A stretch of 64,000 bases of DNA from assembly GCA_043228905.1 (NCBI GenBank), contig JBHGNT010000001.1, positions 6,138,001 to 6,202,000 of the forward strand, given 5' to 3'. Positions 12,746-25,288 of the stretch are shown here, one piece after another. The notes beneath the pieces are model-generated. The model was not told where the DNA came from, did not search any database, and saw nothing but the letters and a program-made list of their open reading frames with translations. Every line of letters begins with the position of its first letter. Position 1 is the stretch's first letter. A program made the translations under genes and the position numbers. The DNA is from Azolla caroliniana. Its lineage: Eukaryota; Plantae; Polypodiophyta.

Positions 12746-14413
12746 CATATTGCACAATGAAGGCCTCAACTATCTAGGTTATTGGTGTCCATCTTAATTG
12801 ACGATGAAACAATTGCTTGAATATTTCTTAGAGGCAAAGATTAATACCATTGAGGCATAAGTTTGCAAAAGGCATGACATTTTTTGACAATCAAAAGCAT
12901 TGCTTTGATAATTAGTTACTCTACCATGCTACAAGATTTTTTTAAAAACTTTGAGTGATCCGGGATTTTCTTGAAAGGTGAGAAGCATCATTTACCTTAT
13001 TGAGGAGTTCATATTGGAATTGATGATTCGATTAATTCTTCTTCTTCTTTCGGAATCTCACATGCAAAAGAAAGAAAGGTGATCATATATGTGAAGGCTA
13101 GACAAACTCCCACAAACTTCAAATCTCATTACTTGTCATTCTCACACTTTTTGCATCTTGAATTTATTAGAATTTTTTAACAATGCTACCCAATTCTTTA
13201 GCAAGGGCGAAAATATATCGATCTCGTGTTTTTCAACAATATGATTAGCTTGAATAGAGCCATCCATATTGGCAAAACATCATGTCCTTGAATCTAAGTT
13301 TGAATACCATAAACCTTGAGTAATAGAATAATTTTTAGTTTATTTAAATAGCTTTGTGCTCTCATATCTCAGTGCCACAAAAGATAAAAATGTTGCTTAT
13401 AGTTAGTATATTCATTAAGATAATTCCTTCTATTGTTGTGATTTCTTCACATTCACATAATGTAAATCTCCAAGTAAATTCTAGTTCTTTCACTCAAGTG
13501 CCAAAAACTTAGTTGTGGGACACTCTTGGTCTAATACAACACATATGCATCATTGTTGGCTCAAGTTGTCGTAGTTACAACAATACTTGGTAAATTTCCC
13601 CCAAGAGAATAAGAATGTACTCCTATTAACACTATAATGTCGGAACCAAAACAATATTGTTTTGGAAAAGAAGAGAAATGAGAAATTTGTTCACAATAAA
13701 ATCCCTCCTTAGTGGATGAAGTACATGGTAGTTGAGGCTCGTGATATCAAAAGAGATGAATGGTTGTATGCATCACATGATGGAAATGTCTCATGGTAGT
13801 TGAAAACACACAATGTCTGAAATATGTGGGGTGATGAGGGATTGCGACTGTGTTATCGCACCATGTGACGAAAAAGGCTCTTATGTACGAGCATGCTCTT
13901 AAGTATGTATAAGCGCATACTTTATGTTTTGTGTGTGCCCCATTCTAGTTTAAAAGGTCTAGAACGAATACTTTGATCATATGATGATAATAGCTTATTT
14001 GAAATAGGTAGATTTTATACTCATGACCGATGAAAACTTCAAAAAAAGATAATTATTTGATTTGATTTGTCGATAAAATACTTGCCAAAAAGGAGGATGA
14101 GGTTTTTGCATTGTAATTATACCATGAAATACAAACATACAAAAGAACAGGACTATGCCTCAAGATAATGCATTCTAACAATGCCTAAACATACTCTATG
14201 GTTTCATTTTCAACCCTTGGATTATGAAGAAAATGAGCAAATGCTCATCGTGGATAATTGAAATAAGGAGCGCAATAAAGTTTTTATCATGAAGACTCAT
14301 TGCTCACGACTTTTCCCATGACCTCGAGGTTGAGAACTATTAACTTTACCACTACGGCATCACTTCTAAATATTCAAATCAGAAATTTGTTAAGCTTAGC
14401 TCATGACCTGATC

Positions 14414-14418
<5 letters not shown>

Positions 14419-14467
<49 letters not shown>
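14419..14467. repeat. (AT)n microsatellite
   Basis: Direct reading. Confidence 0.95.
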
Positions 14468-14471
<4 letters not shown>

Positions 14472-14917
14472 AGGAATCACTTAAATAGTCTAACTTATTG
14501 TAAAATATAAGGAATGTGTGATCTTATTTCAAGTATACATGGATCATGCCTATATATATAATACTCCATGTTCGTATTATAAGCGTCTCTTATAATTAAT
14601 CGACTATCTATAGGAATATTTTTATCATGATTATGTAAGTATTAAAAAAGTGTAGTCCAGAGTACATAACTTCACCTATTTGCATTTCTTATCACGATTA
14701 AATGTCACGAGATATGCAATAAGTGATAATCGACTATGTAAAAAAACGATTGTTTTAAGAGAAAAATGCTTTGTTTTGTCTTGGTTGCTAGATGAACTGG
14801 CATAGAAGATTGTTTTCACGAACAAAAAAAAATGTTCATTGTTCCTCTATGTGGATGGTAGCTAACTATGTGTGTAATTATATGATAGATATGGACTCAT
14901 GTGGACAAGGTCATTCT

Positions 14918-15061
14918 ATGTAAAAAATAAATGTGGAAGCTCATTCCATGTAAAAAATAAATGTAGAAACTCATTCCATGTAAAAAATAAACATGGAAGC
15001 TCATTCCATGTAAAAAATAAATGTAGAAACTCATTCCATGTAAAAAAATAAATGTAGAAAC
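14918..15061. repeat. 30-bp minisatellite, about 4.7 copies (alternating variants)
   Basis: atgtaaaaaataaatgt(g/a)gaa(g/a)ctcattcc in tandem. Confidence 0.9.
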
Positions 15062-16299
15062 TTTGTTGAAACTTGAAAGGAATATAGAGCCTTTCGTATG
15101 TTGGTGTAGTTTGTGTCCAACTCATACACATGTATAATGTGTTGAATTGTTTTTGCACTTTGCTTAATACCTACGACTATTACCACTTAACTCAAAGAAT
15201 GTGCAACGGAATGTGTCGGACACCATTCTTAACAAAAACCAACAATGGATTTTACATTATTCAATATTTGTGAGTACATTTCGAGAACCATTGCAATGGG
15301 ATAATGGCTAGGAGATTCGAGAAACACTATGACATCGAAATTTCCAAAATTCAGACAAGGTTTGACTCGAGACCCATTAACAAATTGGTAGTTAGCAAAA
15401 AAATAAATATATGAATACTCTCACAAACCTTCAAATAAGAAATATCAACCCAATGAGGGGATTCTATATGTACTATATCAAACAGGCATTTAGCTATCTA
15501 CTTGATGCAAGTACGGAGCTACCCACCCTTAATTTGTTCTTCTACATTTGTTGAGAATAATTTAAGCGTGAGTAGTTACAACTTACCCATACTATATAAA
15601 ATAACGTGACTACACTAAAGAGGCTATCTTTGTCAAGGCATCAATAATTAGACATCGAGAAGCATAAAAGACAAATATTTATGAAGATCATGATATAGTT
15701 GTTTTGTTTTGTGGGTCACAAAAACTTTCAAAAAAATTCATTGGGACATATGTAGTGAAACTTAGCTTAATTATAAATAATAGAGAATCACATAGGACCA
15801 AGACATTGAAAGGTTTTTCACATTGTGAAGATTAGAGTAATAACGTGGGCTCTCGTTTCTGGTGAAATGTACTATTTGTTCAAGTGATTGTGAAAAAAAA
15901 AACATTGATTCTTGTAACATGTTAATCATACTCAATATCATATTATATTATTTTCTACCTCAGATTTGAATATGATAGTATACTTAAAATTTATTTGTTT
16001 GATGCACTCCTACTAATAAAGTGAGTGCTTGCATATACATACTTGCTATCGCCTTCATCTTTTACATTGATTTGAAAAGCAAAGAAAACTTGAGTCTGAA
16101 GCGATGCCCTTTAGTAAAGTTAAAGGGATTTGGCTCTATCTAAACATATTCAAAGTAAGTGCAAGTATGAGATTGACATAAATAACATTTTATACAAGAA
16201 GATCACATTGTACGTCATGTGATCTTTTAAGAACAGGTTTTGTTTTTTGGCTACTCCTAGTGTGCCTTAAGTTAAGTTGGGAATACTATTGTAAATCTA

Positions 16300-17960
16300 T
16301 GAAAATGGTTTTTTGTCTCATGAGGAGTGGACGAAAATAGACTCATTTGTTTTTGTATGTACATGATTTTGGTGGTAACCAGCGAGATGGTTTATGTGGA
16401 AAATGAAGCATACTTTTTGATCTCTTGATAAATATGAATGTTTATGGTGTGGAGGTGAGAAGCGTATTCTTGAGGGTCGAGGAGGTGTGTTGTAGTTGAT
16501 CTAATTATGGATAGATCTTCCTTTGAATGGATAGTCATTATTCCTTTTCAGATGAAGAGCATGAGAGGATTAGATTCGTGTAGATGTCCCGACATGAGGG
16601 TATGGGATAGTTTGTGGGCTAACCATGGTGTCCCACCACATTCCGCATCAACATGGTTCATCATAGTTCATGTGATATTACTAGGGTTGCGAATTGGAGA
16701 TAGGCGAAAGGAAACGATGGATAATTGTTATCATTATGGAGTCAGAGGAGATGGTCATATTCGAATGTATGACAACATAAGAGGAAGTGGTGTGGAATGA
16801 CCATTATGGCTCAATACGTTCTCCATTCAATACATATAGGATGTCCAATGTCATTCTTTTTCGTCTTTCATTCTCCTTTGTGGTTTTCATATGTCATCAT
16901 GGCTAGAACCATTGTAATGTTTTCGTCTTTCATTCTATGTTGTAAGCCTTTGGGCAGATAACTTCAAGTTGTAGCCTTCGGGGGGTTTTAATACTACTAA
17001 AGAAAATCTTTCAAGGAAAAAATAAAGTTTTTTGTCATTGCCTAATAAAGGCAATGGTCTTGCAAACATGGGTTGAGAGAAAATGAATGTTAACTATAGA
17101 TTAATGTATTACATGATCACATCTATTCTTTATAAACGTGATAGATATATGAAGGCAATGTTTCCCATTGTGTTTCATCATGCGAGCTCTTATAGTTTGT
17201 TTGGATCATGTTATCATGAGTTGACATCTCGTATGGAAATGTGAAAAGGGAGTTCCAATTCCTATGAAATACACTACTATTGTGTTTTGGTAGTCTTTGG
17301 CCCTTGGGTTGTGGTTATCTCTAAAGTTTTCTATTCTTCCTATCAACATACTCTAAGTTAAGTTAAGGGGGGTGATATTGGATATCAGTTATAGTCTTAG
17401 TTTATGTCTCATGTGAAATCTACGAGTTGCCATGGATGCAACAATTAAATAAATAAGTTGTCCACGTTCTTATGTTGTTACTTCCTCATTTTTATATGGA
17501 GGATAACACACATGCATTATTAAATATATTTAAGCATTTATCTTCACCTTGTACCTTGAGTTATGGGTGGCTTCCAATTCAATGGTTACAATCAAGCAAA
17601 TCTATGGATCAACATGTCCAATCAAATGGTTACAATGAAGCAAATCTATGGAGATTGAAATTAGGACCTATACTAAGGCCTACTTTAGATCTAAAATCTC
17701 CTGCCCTTATCATTATAGAACAAGTATCTCAGGAGATGACAAATGTTTGATGCCAATATAGAACTACACATATTACAATTTTGATGAATCAATCATTCAA
17801 CCATAGTAGTCATTGTGGGGTTTGCACAAGCAAGTTCATATGTGTCAGTGAAAATGTATACAATGTGTAGGTTCAATCACCATGAAAAGCTTCTGGTCAA
17901 CATCACTGTCACTTCACATGCAAAGGTTTAGTTCAAGTGGAGGTTTTGGCCAAGGAGGGA
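16300..17960 (+). mobile_element. Heavily degraded LTR-retrotransposon remnants
   Basis: GNGLA integrase-like trace near 17050; purine run aagggggg followed by TGATATTG (LTR-like start) near 17365-17380. Confidence 0.3.
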
Positions 17961-19020
17961 ATGTTTAGGTTTGTGTGTATAAATCTACCACAATGTGGTC
18001 ACATGTGGGGGGTTTAAAAGGCCATACAACTACATATGAACAAAGACTTTTCTTTTTTGAGGAGAGGTACTTTAACATTCAAGATATGGAATGAGATGTG
18101 GTGTGGGTTTTAAAAGGCGATAAAAGTCCAACCATGTCTTTTTTTGGCAATAAATACGGTAACATGTTCACCTTCCTTCGTCTTTTCCTTATGTTATGAT
18201 GTTCGGTAAAAGAGGATCCACTTACCTATCCATTCATGGTGAGGAGAAAAGGGCTCCCTAATAATATTGATTCCACCTTCCGCCATAGGAAAGAGTCGAC
18301 GTCCTCTCGTGTTTTGTTGTCGTGTTTCAACATTTTGAGCTTATGTAGGCAAGGTTTCACATATGTAACCAGGATATTTTTTTTTAGGGGGGAGAGCGAG
18401 AACTCCTATCCTTTGAATGTGGGAAAGCACATGCTTTCTTTTAAATTTCATGCAAGTTTCAACAATAGGAGCTTACATAGACAAGGTAGAGAACATCCCT
18501 AGCTAATGGTAGTGGGAGGACATTGGGTGGGCCAGGATGTGGTACCAAGTTCCATCCTCACCTTCCTTTTGATGTTTGACATTATGTTCTTGCTATGGAC
18601 TAGGAAGAGCATATGCCTAGCCTAAGTGCAACGTTTGAGGCGACCTGGTTCCTATGTATCGCAAAAGACATTGCGCATGAATCATGGGGCAATCTAGTCC
18701 CACACGCAGAAGCGTTGGACATGTTACTGAGCCCTCTCTTGTTTGAAGACTCTGTTTTTCTTTTCTTTTACGGTGCCCTCGTAGGGCATTGCGATGGTGG
18801 AGCCACAAGTTACAACATGACCGCATAAATGCGAGTTGAGTCGGGGACCCGCACGGAGCGAGAGCCCCCCCCCTCCCCTAGCAAATGTGTGTCAAATGTC
18901 TCCACCTACTACTGAGTAAGACTTTTGTACTACCTCAAGCCCCAAATAGCATCGCCCATCATCCATCGCTCGAGGAATTAATCACAGTCCCGTTCACTCT
19001 CTACCGTCACATTCCTTCGC

Positions 19021-19062
19021 CCCTAACCCTAACCCTAACCCTAACCTTAACCCTAACCCTAA
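19021..19062. repeat. Interstitial telomere-like (CCCTAA)x7 array upstream of the kinase gene
   Basis: ccctaaccctaaccctaaccctaaccttaaccctaaccctaa. Confidence 0.9.
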
Positions 19063-19800
19063 CTGCCTGTGCTTTAACCTCTGTCTTTTCCTTTTCCCCC
19101 CTTTTTATACCCCCCCCACCCCCCATTCACAGCTGGAGCTAAGAAAGTAAAACAAAGCAAAAATAAACAAAGCAAACGAAAGAATCGAAGATGTTCATCC
19201 AGAGACTGAGCTGACAAGATATACATTAACAATTTTGTAGGTTATTCTTTCTCTATCTCCACCTCATGTCTTTCTTTTTCGCTTTGATCTGTAAAGATTT
19301 ACCCTAATTCTGGTAAACCAATTCATTGCTCGCTTGTTTACTTTTATTGATGACAATGTGACTTGTCGTTTTGTTTTAAAACGATTAATTTCTGGGTTTG
19401 TGACTGGAATTTCAAATAAACTGTTTTTCTCGATCTAATTTCCTTGTTGATCAGAAGTACTTCGTTTTTCTGACAAGGTTCTGAAGCATATATGTCATTT
19501 CTGTTCTCATAAAAAATCTCTATTTTGCTGAAAGGAATTTGAAATTTTCTTTCTCTCTCTCATTTCTCTTTCATCACAGTTATTTTTCTGAATTTCTGAC
19601 ACGAAATTGAAGCTATTCTTCTCCCTCTTTCTATCTCTTATTTCTGTTCCGATTGGAGTACAGTCATCTCTAATATTCTGGTTTTCTATTCGGAATTTTC
19701 ACGTTCTCTTAAATTTAAAATTATTATTATATTATTCCTGATTACAGTTATTTTCCGTTTTTGTAGCAGGAAATTCCAGCTTTTTTTCTCTCTGTCTGAA

Positions 19801-22800
19801 ATGGCCTGCTTTGGTTGTTACCCTAGCAGGAAAGTCAGGTTTGTTAATATTTATTATTTCAACTATGTAAGAACGTATCATGACAGTTTATTTAAGGCTT
19901 TCTACCTTAGATCTGCACAATATTAATTTTGAAGCTGGAGGTGAGGTTTCAGGTTAAACTTTGCATTCCATGGTGAAGTTTCAATTCAAATTGAGTATAA
20001 ATCCTTAATTTTGTATCGTTATTCTAAATTATGTAATACGCACATGTGCACATTGATATATGCAAATCAATATATACAGTTTTGCATCTTTGGCATTTCT
20101 TGAGTTCACTTCTGCAACATTGGAAAATTTCAGGCTTCATTTGAAGCTCAAAATGATTTCAAATTTAAGTATTGACATTAGATTCATGTGTACATTCAAG
20201 GCATAAATTGGAAAATGCATATTTTGAAGTGTTTAAGCCTACTAGATGGTGTTGGAATATCAACAAGCTTTCAGATCTTCAATAGAACGAGTATACACCA
20301 ACCACGGTACAAATGATGTCAACCATCTTTAAAAACTCAAATGAGCCTACAGACAGATCCAATCTTTCATAGAGATAATATACAGCCCAAACTTTCATAG
20401 ACATCATATACTTTTACGAACATGCACATCACATTGAACTAATGATGTGACTAGGAACCAAATTGGACTAGGAATGGGACCAATCTTTCATAGAGATCAT
20501 GGTCTTCAATCATAAATCTACATTGTGCCAATGCCATGACTATGAGTAAAATGATGATAGGAATTGATCAGATCTTGTCTAGATCTTTTTGATTTACGAG
20601 CATACTAGTTACTAATGCTTATGGTGGACCATGAGCCAAATGGAGCAAGGACTATGACTGCTATTTTATGGAGATAATATAGTTATGGAAGTGTATGCAT
20701 GATATCATAGCAATGAATTGATCAGGAGCCAAATGAGGCTAGGAAATAGGCCTGATCTTACATTGACATCATGATATTTTTGTAACATTGTTCTGATAAC
20801 GTGATTAGGAACCAAATGGGGCTAGGGTTAAGCCTATCTTCAAATAGAAATCGGAGTTTTACAAGCGTATATAATATTGCAATAATGATGCGATCGGTAG
20901 CCAAAGAGGGCTAGGCCTTAATAATGTTAATGATGTCTACTAATAGGTCTCATCATCATTAATAAAATTGATTTAGTTGAAAATATGTCTAACATTGTGC
21001 TAAGGACATTAGATTTATCTGCAAAGAAAAGAACTCCTCTTTTTGACAATAATTTTGCTACTCCAGTCATGGGCAGCATTATTACATGCATAGGGTGGAT
21101 CCGAGTTCTTCTATATCATCTAGTCACATATAAAACATCATTCTTGAGGTGTTAGATTCACACACAAGAGGTACTTCCCATAAGAGATTTCTATCATTAA
21201 CAAGATTTTTAGTGGAGATAATAGGCATATATATATACTGGATATACTTAAATTGAGATCATTGGTACATATGAGGCGTTTCAAGGGTTTTGTGTCCCAC
21301 ATGCCAAAGTACATCATAGGTCTTATCTAGGATATACTCTAATTGAAATCATTGGTACATATGAGGCGCTTCAAGGGTTTTGTGTCCCACATGCCAAAGT
21401 ACATCATAGGTCTTATCTAGTCAAAAAATTTATCTTAAGAAAGATAATTGCACTGGTTCTGGAGGCGTACGAAAGTGTCAGTTGATGAGAAGGCATATCA
21501 CACAAAACAGATTTAATCGAGAAGACAAGATAATTTCTCTGGTCCTGAAGGCTTATGAAAGTATCTGTTGATGAGAAGGCAAGATAATCACACAACAGAA
21601 TTAATAGAGAAGACAAGATATGAGAGTGCAAGACTGATACAGCTGGAGAGACAGCTCTCAACTGCAGATGACTGACAAGAAACGATAGAGGATTGAAAAT
21701 GAATAGTGGCTGAAGGGGAATAGAGTCTACAGATACAAACAGAGTATCAACTTGGGGAAATATTTTTCTGATTTCACTGAGAAGGATCAAAGATTTACAG
21801 TTAAAGATAGGGGAGGATTTATAGAAAAAGGCAGGGGGTGATTTGTCGGTCAAAATTTATAGAAAACTTACACATATGCTACAATAATAGTTTAGCTATT
21901 CTAGTCAAAATTTGTAATGCAAATAAAATAGTTATAGGGATTACTCTGTCCTTCCATATAATTCTATTTTGCATATTCTACCTTATACAAACAGAAAAAT
22001 ACCAATTTGATTATTTGTTTACAGAACTTCGAGTACGAAAGGAAATCATTGGAGAATCTTTGCACTCAAGGAGCTACTAGCTGCCACAAATAACTTCAAT
22101 TATGATAACAAGCTTGGAGAAGGAGGCTTTGGGAGTGTATATTGGGGGCAATTATGGGACGGTTCTCAGGTTCAAGATCATTTAATTGAAACCATTTAAT
22201 TTCCTAAATTCTGTATTGTATTGTACTGAAACATGATAAAGATAGAAGATGGTAGGAACTAGGAAAAATGCCAGAATAACCATAACATTTTGGACATTTA
22301 TCCACAGTACCTGAAGTTCTTGAAAATTAGCAGCAGACCTTTCTTCATATTCGGGTTCAAAACATTTGAGTGTATTTTCGTGTTTTCCCCTATTTACCAT
22401 GCTATTATTGTGAGTAACCTAAATTATTTCACTTACCAAAATGCTGCTTAATGGCTTCAATCACTTTCTTAGATTGCGGTGAAAAGGTTGAAGGTATGGA
22501 GCACGAAAGCTGAAATGGAGTTCGCTGTGGAGATTGAGATTCTTGGGCGGGTTCGCCATAAGAATCTCTTGAACATGCGTGGTTATTGTGCAGATGGTCA
22601 GGAACGCTTGATTGTGTATGACTATATGCCAAATCTGAACTTGTTTTCGCATTTACATGGACAATATGCATCAGAAAATCTTCTACATTGGAACAAAAGA
22701 ATGAATATTGCAATAGGATCAGCTGAAGCCCTCGCGTGAGTACCCTTGATTTTCTTACCCCAAATAGTACTTTTGTAGAGTGATATTCTGGCAAAGACGG

Positions 22801-23497
22801 CTTTACAAAGTGAACTCCTGTTTTTCACAGCCTAAATATTATTATATCTTAGTACTTTGCAAAGCCGTATTTTAACCAATAGTTTAGGATTACTCAAAGG
22901 CTACATTTTGTGACTTTCATCTTCTTTTGTTATTGTTTGGGCAGATATTTACATCACCTTGCAACCCCACATGTTGTTCATGGGGATGTAAAAGCCAGTA
23001 ATGTCTTGCTTGATTCCGAATTTTGTGCCCAAGTAGCTGACTTTGGGTTTACAAAGCTCATCCCTGAAGGTGCTTCACATGCAAAAGGTAGCCTTGGTTA
23101 TCTCGCTCCAGAGTACGATGCAATGTCGGAAAAAGCATCAGAGGGTTGTGATGTGTATAGCTTCGGCATATTATTATTGGAGCTCATAAGTGGGAGGAAG
23201 CCCATTGAAAACATTGGGCACGGCGTGAAGTGTAACATCATTGATTGGGCAACACCATTGTTGGAAGATGGAAAGGTTGAAGAGTTTGTAGATCCGAGAC
23301 TTGAAGGGAAGTATGATGAAGAGGAGGTGATACGTGTAGTCAAAGTGGCGACTATGTGTTTACAAAATTCCCCTGGAAAAAGACCAACAATGATTGAAGT
23401 GGTTAATCATTTGAAAAGAAAGACCAAAGATGGTGATACTAGACTTGCTGAGTATGGTACTCAAATTGGAGTTGATATGCATGATAATGTGAAGTAG
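19801..23497 (+). CDS. PTI1-like receptor-like cytoplasmic protein kinase (At3g15890 type). Exons 19801-19838, 22025-22169, 22473-22735, 22945-23497
   Basis: GT-AG exons splice in frame: [94 protein letters not shown]...[19 protein letters not shown]...DFG...GYLAPEY...DVYSFG. Confidence 0.92.
20350..20920. repeat. Old diverged tandem array, unit about 85-95 bp, in kinase intron
   Basis: The core ga(c/t)(c/t)agga(a/g)ccaaat.g.gctagg...atct(t)ca.tagaga recurs near 20450, 20627, 20720, 20803 and 20892. Confidence 0.6.
21240..21420. repeat. 90-bp near-perfect tandem duplication
   Basis: ggatatact..aattga.atcattggtacatatgaggcg.ttcaagggttttgtgtcccacatgccaaagtacatcataggtcttatctag is present twice. 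Confidence 0.9.
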
Positions 23498-24886
23498 CCA
23501 TGGAGGGAAATGGAGTTGCCATACACTTGATAAGTGTGGAGCAGATTTGGGAGGAAATGGAATTGATATGATAGTGTGAAGTAGATGTGGGGGAAAATGC
23601 AGCTGATCTATGGAGTAGATATGGGAGCAAATGGATTTGATTTGCTTGATAATTTGGACTAGATATGGGAGAAAATAGAGTTGCTGTATACATAATGTGG
23701 AGTAAAACGTCAGAGAAAATGGTGTTGACACATGGACGACAGTATGGGAAAGATAATATCGGAGAAAATATGTACGATTATATTTTACCACTAGATCCAG
23801 GGATGATGTTTTGCTGGGGGGGAGGAGCACTTTCTATGAAGTGGTGCTCTAATGTGAATGAATGGAAAGAGTTAACCATTCTTTTTATAAGTACAAAATA
23901 TTTGTCATACAACTTCAATCAATTGTGGGTTTTACTTGTTCTAGAAAAATGTCCTATCTCCATCCTACTACATTGCTCTTTTTATGGCCTCATTATTCTT
24001 TGAATCATCATCTTTGTTTGTCTTGTATATTTACCATTTTTTAAGAACATCTTACTCGGTTGAATCACAGCCTTTGTCATCATCATATTGAAAGTATAAG
24101 GCAACATGAAATAATGGTTTTTGCTTTTGTTGTTTTTCTTATCAATGTAAAAGATGATCTTGCAATAGAACTTTTTTGTTGGCATGATTAATGCAAAACC
24201 AGTAGGAAAAATGGATTGAGCAATAAATCGTGTATGCAAATTACTGAAGAAAATGCACGCAGGCACAATTCCATGTGCATGAGTTTGGACCATTCCTTAG
24301 TTGTCCTTGCCAATATACCTTAGAAAGTTCTCCTTGGCAATATATTGACTGAAATATCCTAGTATATTTTGTATTAAGGAAGATTGTGTGCTACATCATG
24401 TGTTTTTGTGACCACAATCAATGACATTCCCACAAAAGTGCCCCCTTGTAAAAACGGTTGTTATGGTTAAAGAATGTGATGTTATCTTGAATATTGAGGT
24501 TATTTGTTAATTAATTAAGTTATTGGGGATTATGCTAAACACTTATCGATATTCACATCCATTGGATGTGGAAGGAACTTGTGAATTAATTAATTGGTTA
24601 TACCGTAGATAATTAATTGGTACTCATAACATTATGCATTATAATTTATAATTGTGGTTGTGAATACCAACTGCTCTTTTTTGTACACCATTTTCTTGGT
24701 TGTGATACACAAGGCAATCGATACTAGGTGTTTTTATAAAGGTACACACTCATAATTTCTAAATGGGTTCATACGATACCGAGAAGAATCGATGATGGGA
24801 TGGCATCCTGAACCCCCTCCCTCCATACTTAGTAGTGCTAGTTAACATACACTCGTACATGGGTGCACAAAGAAATAACAAATGAA

Positions 24887-24887
24887 A

Positions 24888-24926
<39 letters not shown>

Positions 24927-25101
24927 GAGTGGACTGCAAATCAAAACTTAAAGAAAAGACAATTCAAAAGGACGCGCGGCCATAACTGGCGCGCCTTCGC
25001 ATCACACCCAAAAAGCAAAACGCAGGAAAATCATAACTCAAGCGCACAAATAAGTGGCCTGCAAATTTGGTCGAATTTAGATCTATCGATCGATCAATCT
25101 A

Positions 25102-25132
<31 letters not shown>
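24887..25132. repeat. (GT)n and (AG)n microsatellites in the upstream region of the SHIPPO gene
   Basis: Direct reading at about 24887-24927 and 25107-25132. Confidence 0.85.
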
Positions 25133-25133
<1 letters not shown>

Positions 25134-25288
25134 TGGTCTCGTGACCACCCCAATCACCTTACTCAAAAACAGACAGAAACTCACACACACATAGACGGGC
25201 ATATTAACAAAGAAGCAGATGAAGCATTAAAGAAGGAGAAGATGATAACGAAGAGGAAGAGGTACTGAAGAAGAAAGAAGAAAAAGGC

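Noticed and set aside
14918-15061. 30-bp repeat as a CRISPR array, or the FFTWNE repeat ORF as a protein
   Set aside because: The units are contiguous with no unique spacers, the context is eukaryotic, and the ORF is a by-product of the repeat.
18236-18830. Short ORFs upstream of the kinase
   Set aside because: No recognisable motif or splice structure; cannot be supported.
21413-21853. 146-aa minus-strand ORF in the kinase intron
   Set aside because: Low-complexity S/L-rich translation of AG-rich, internally repeated sequence; more likely a TE/LTR fragment.
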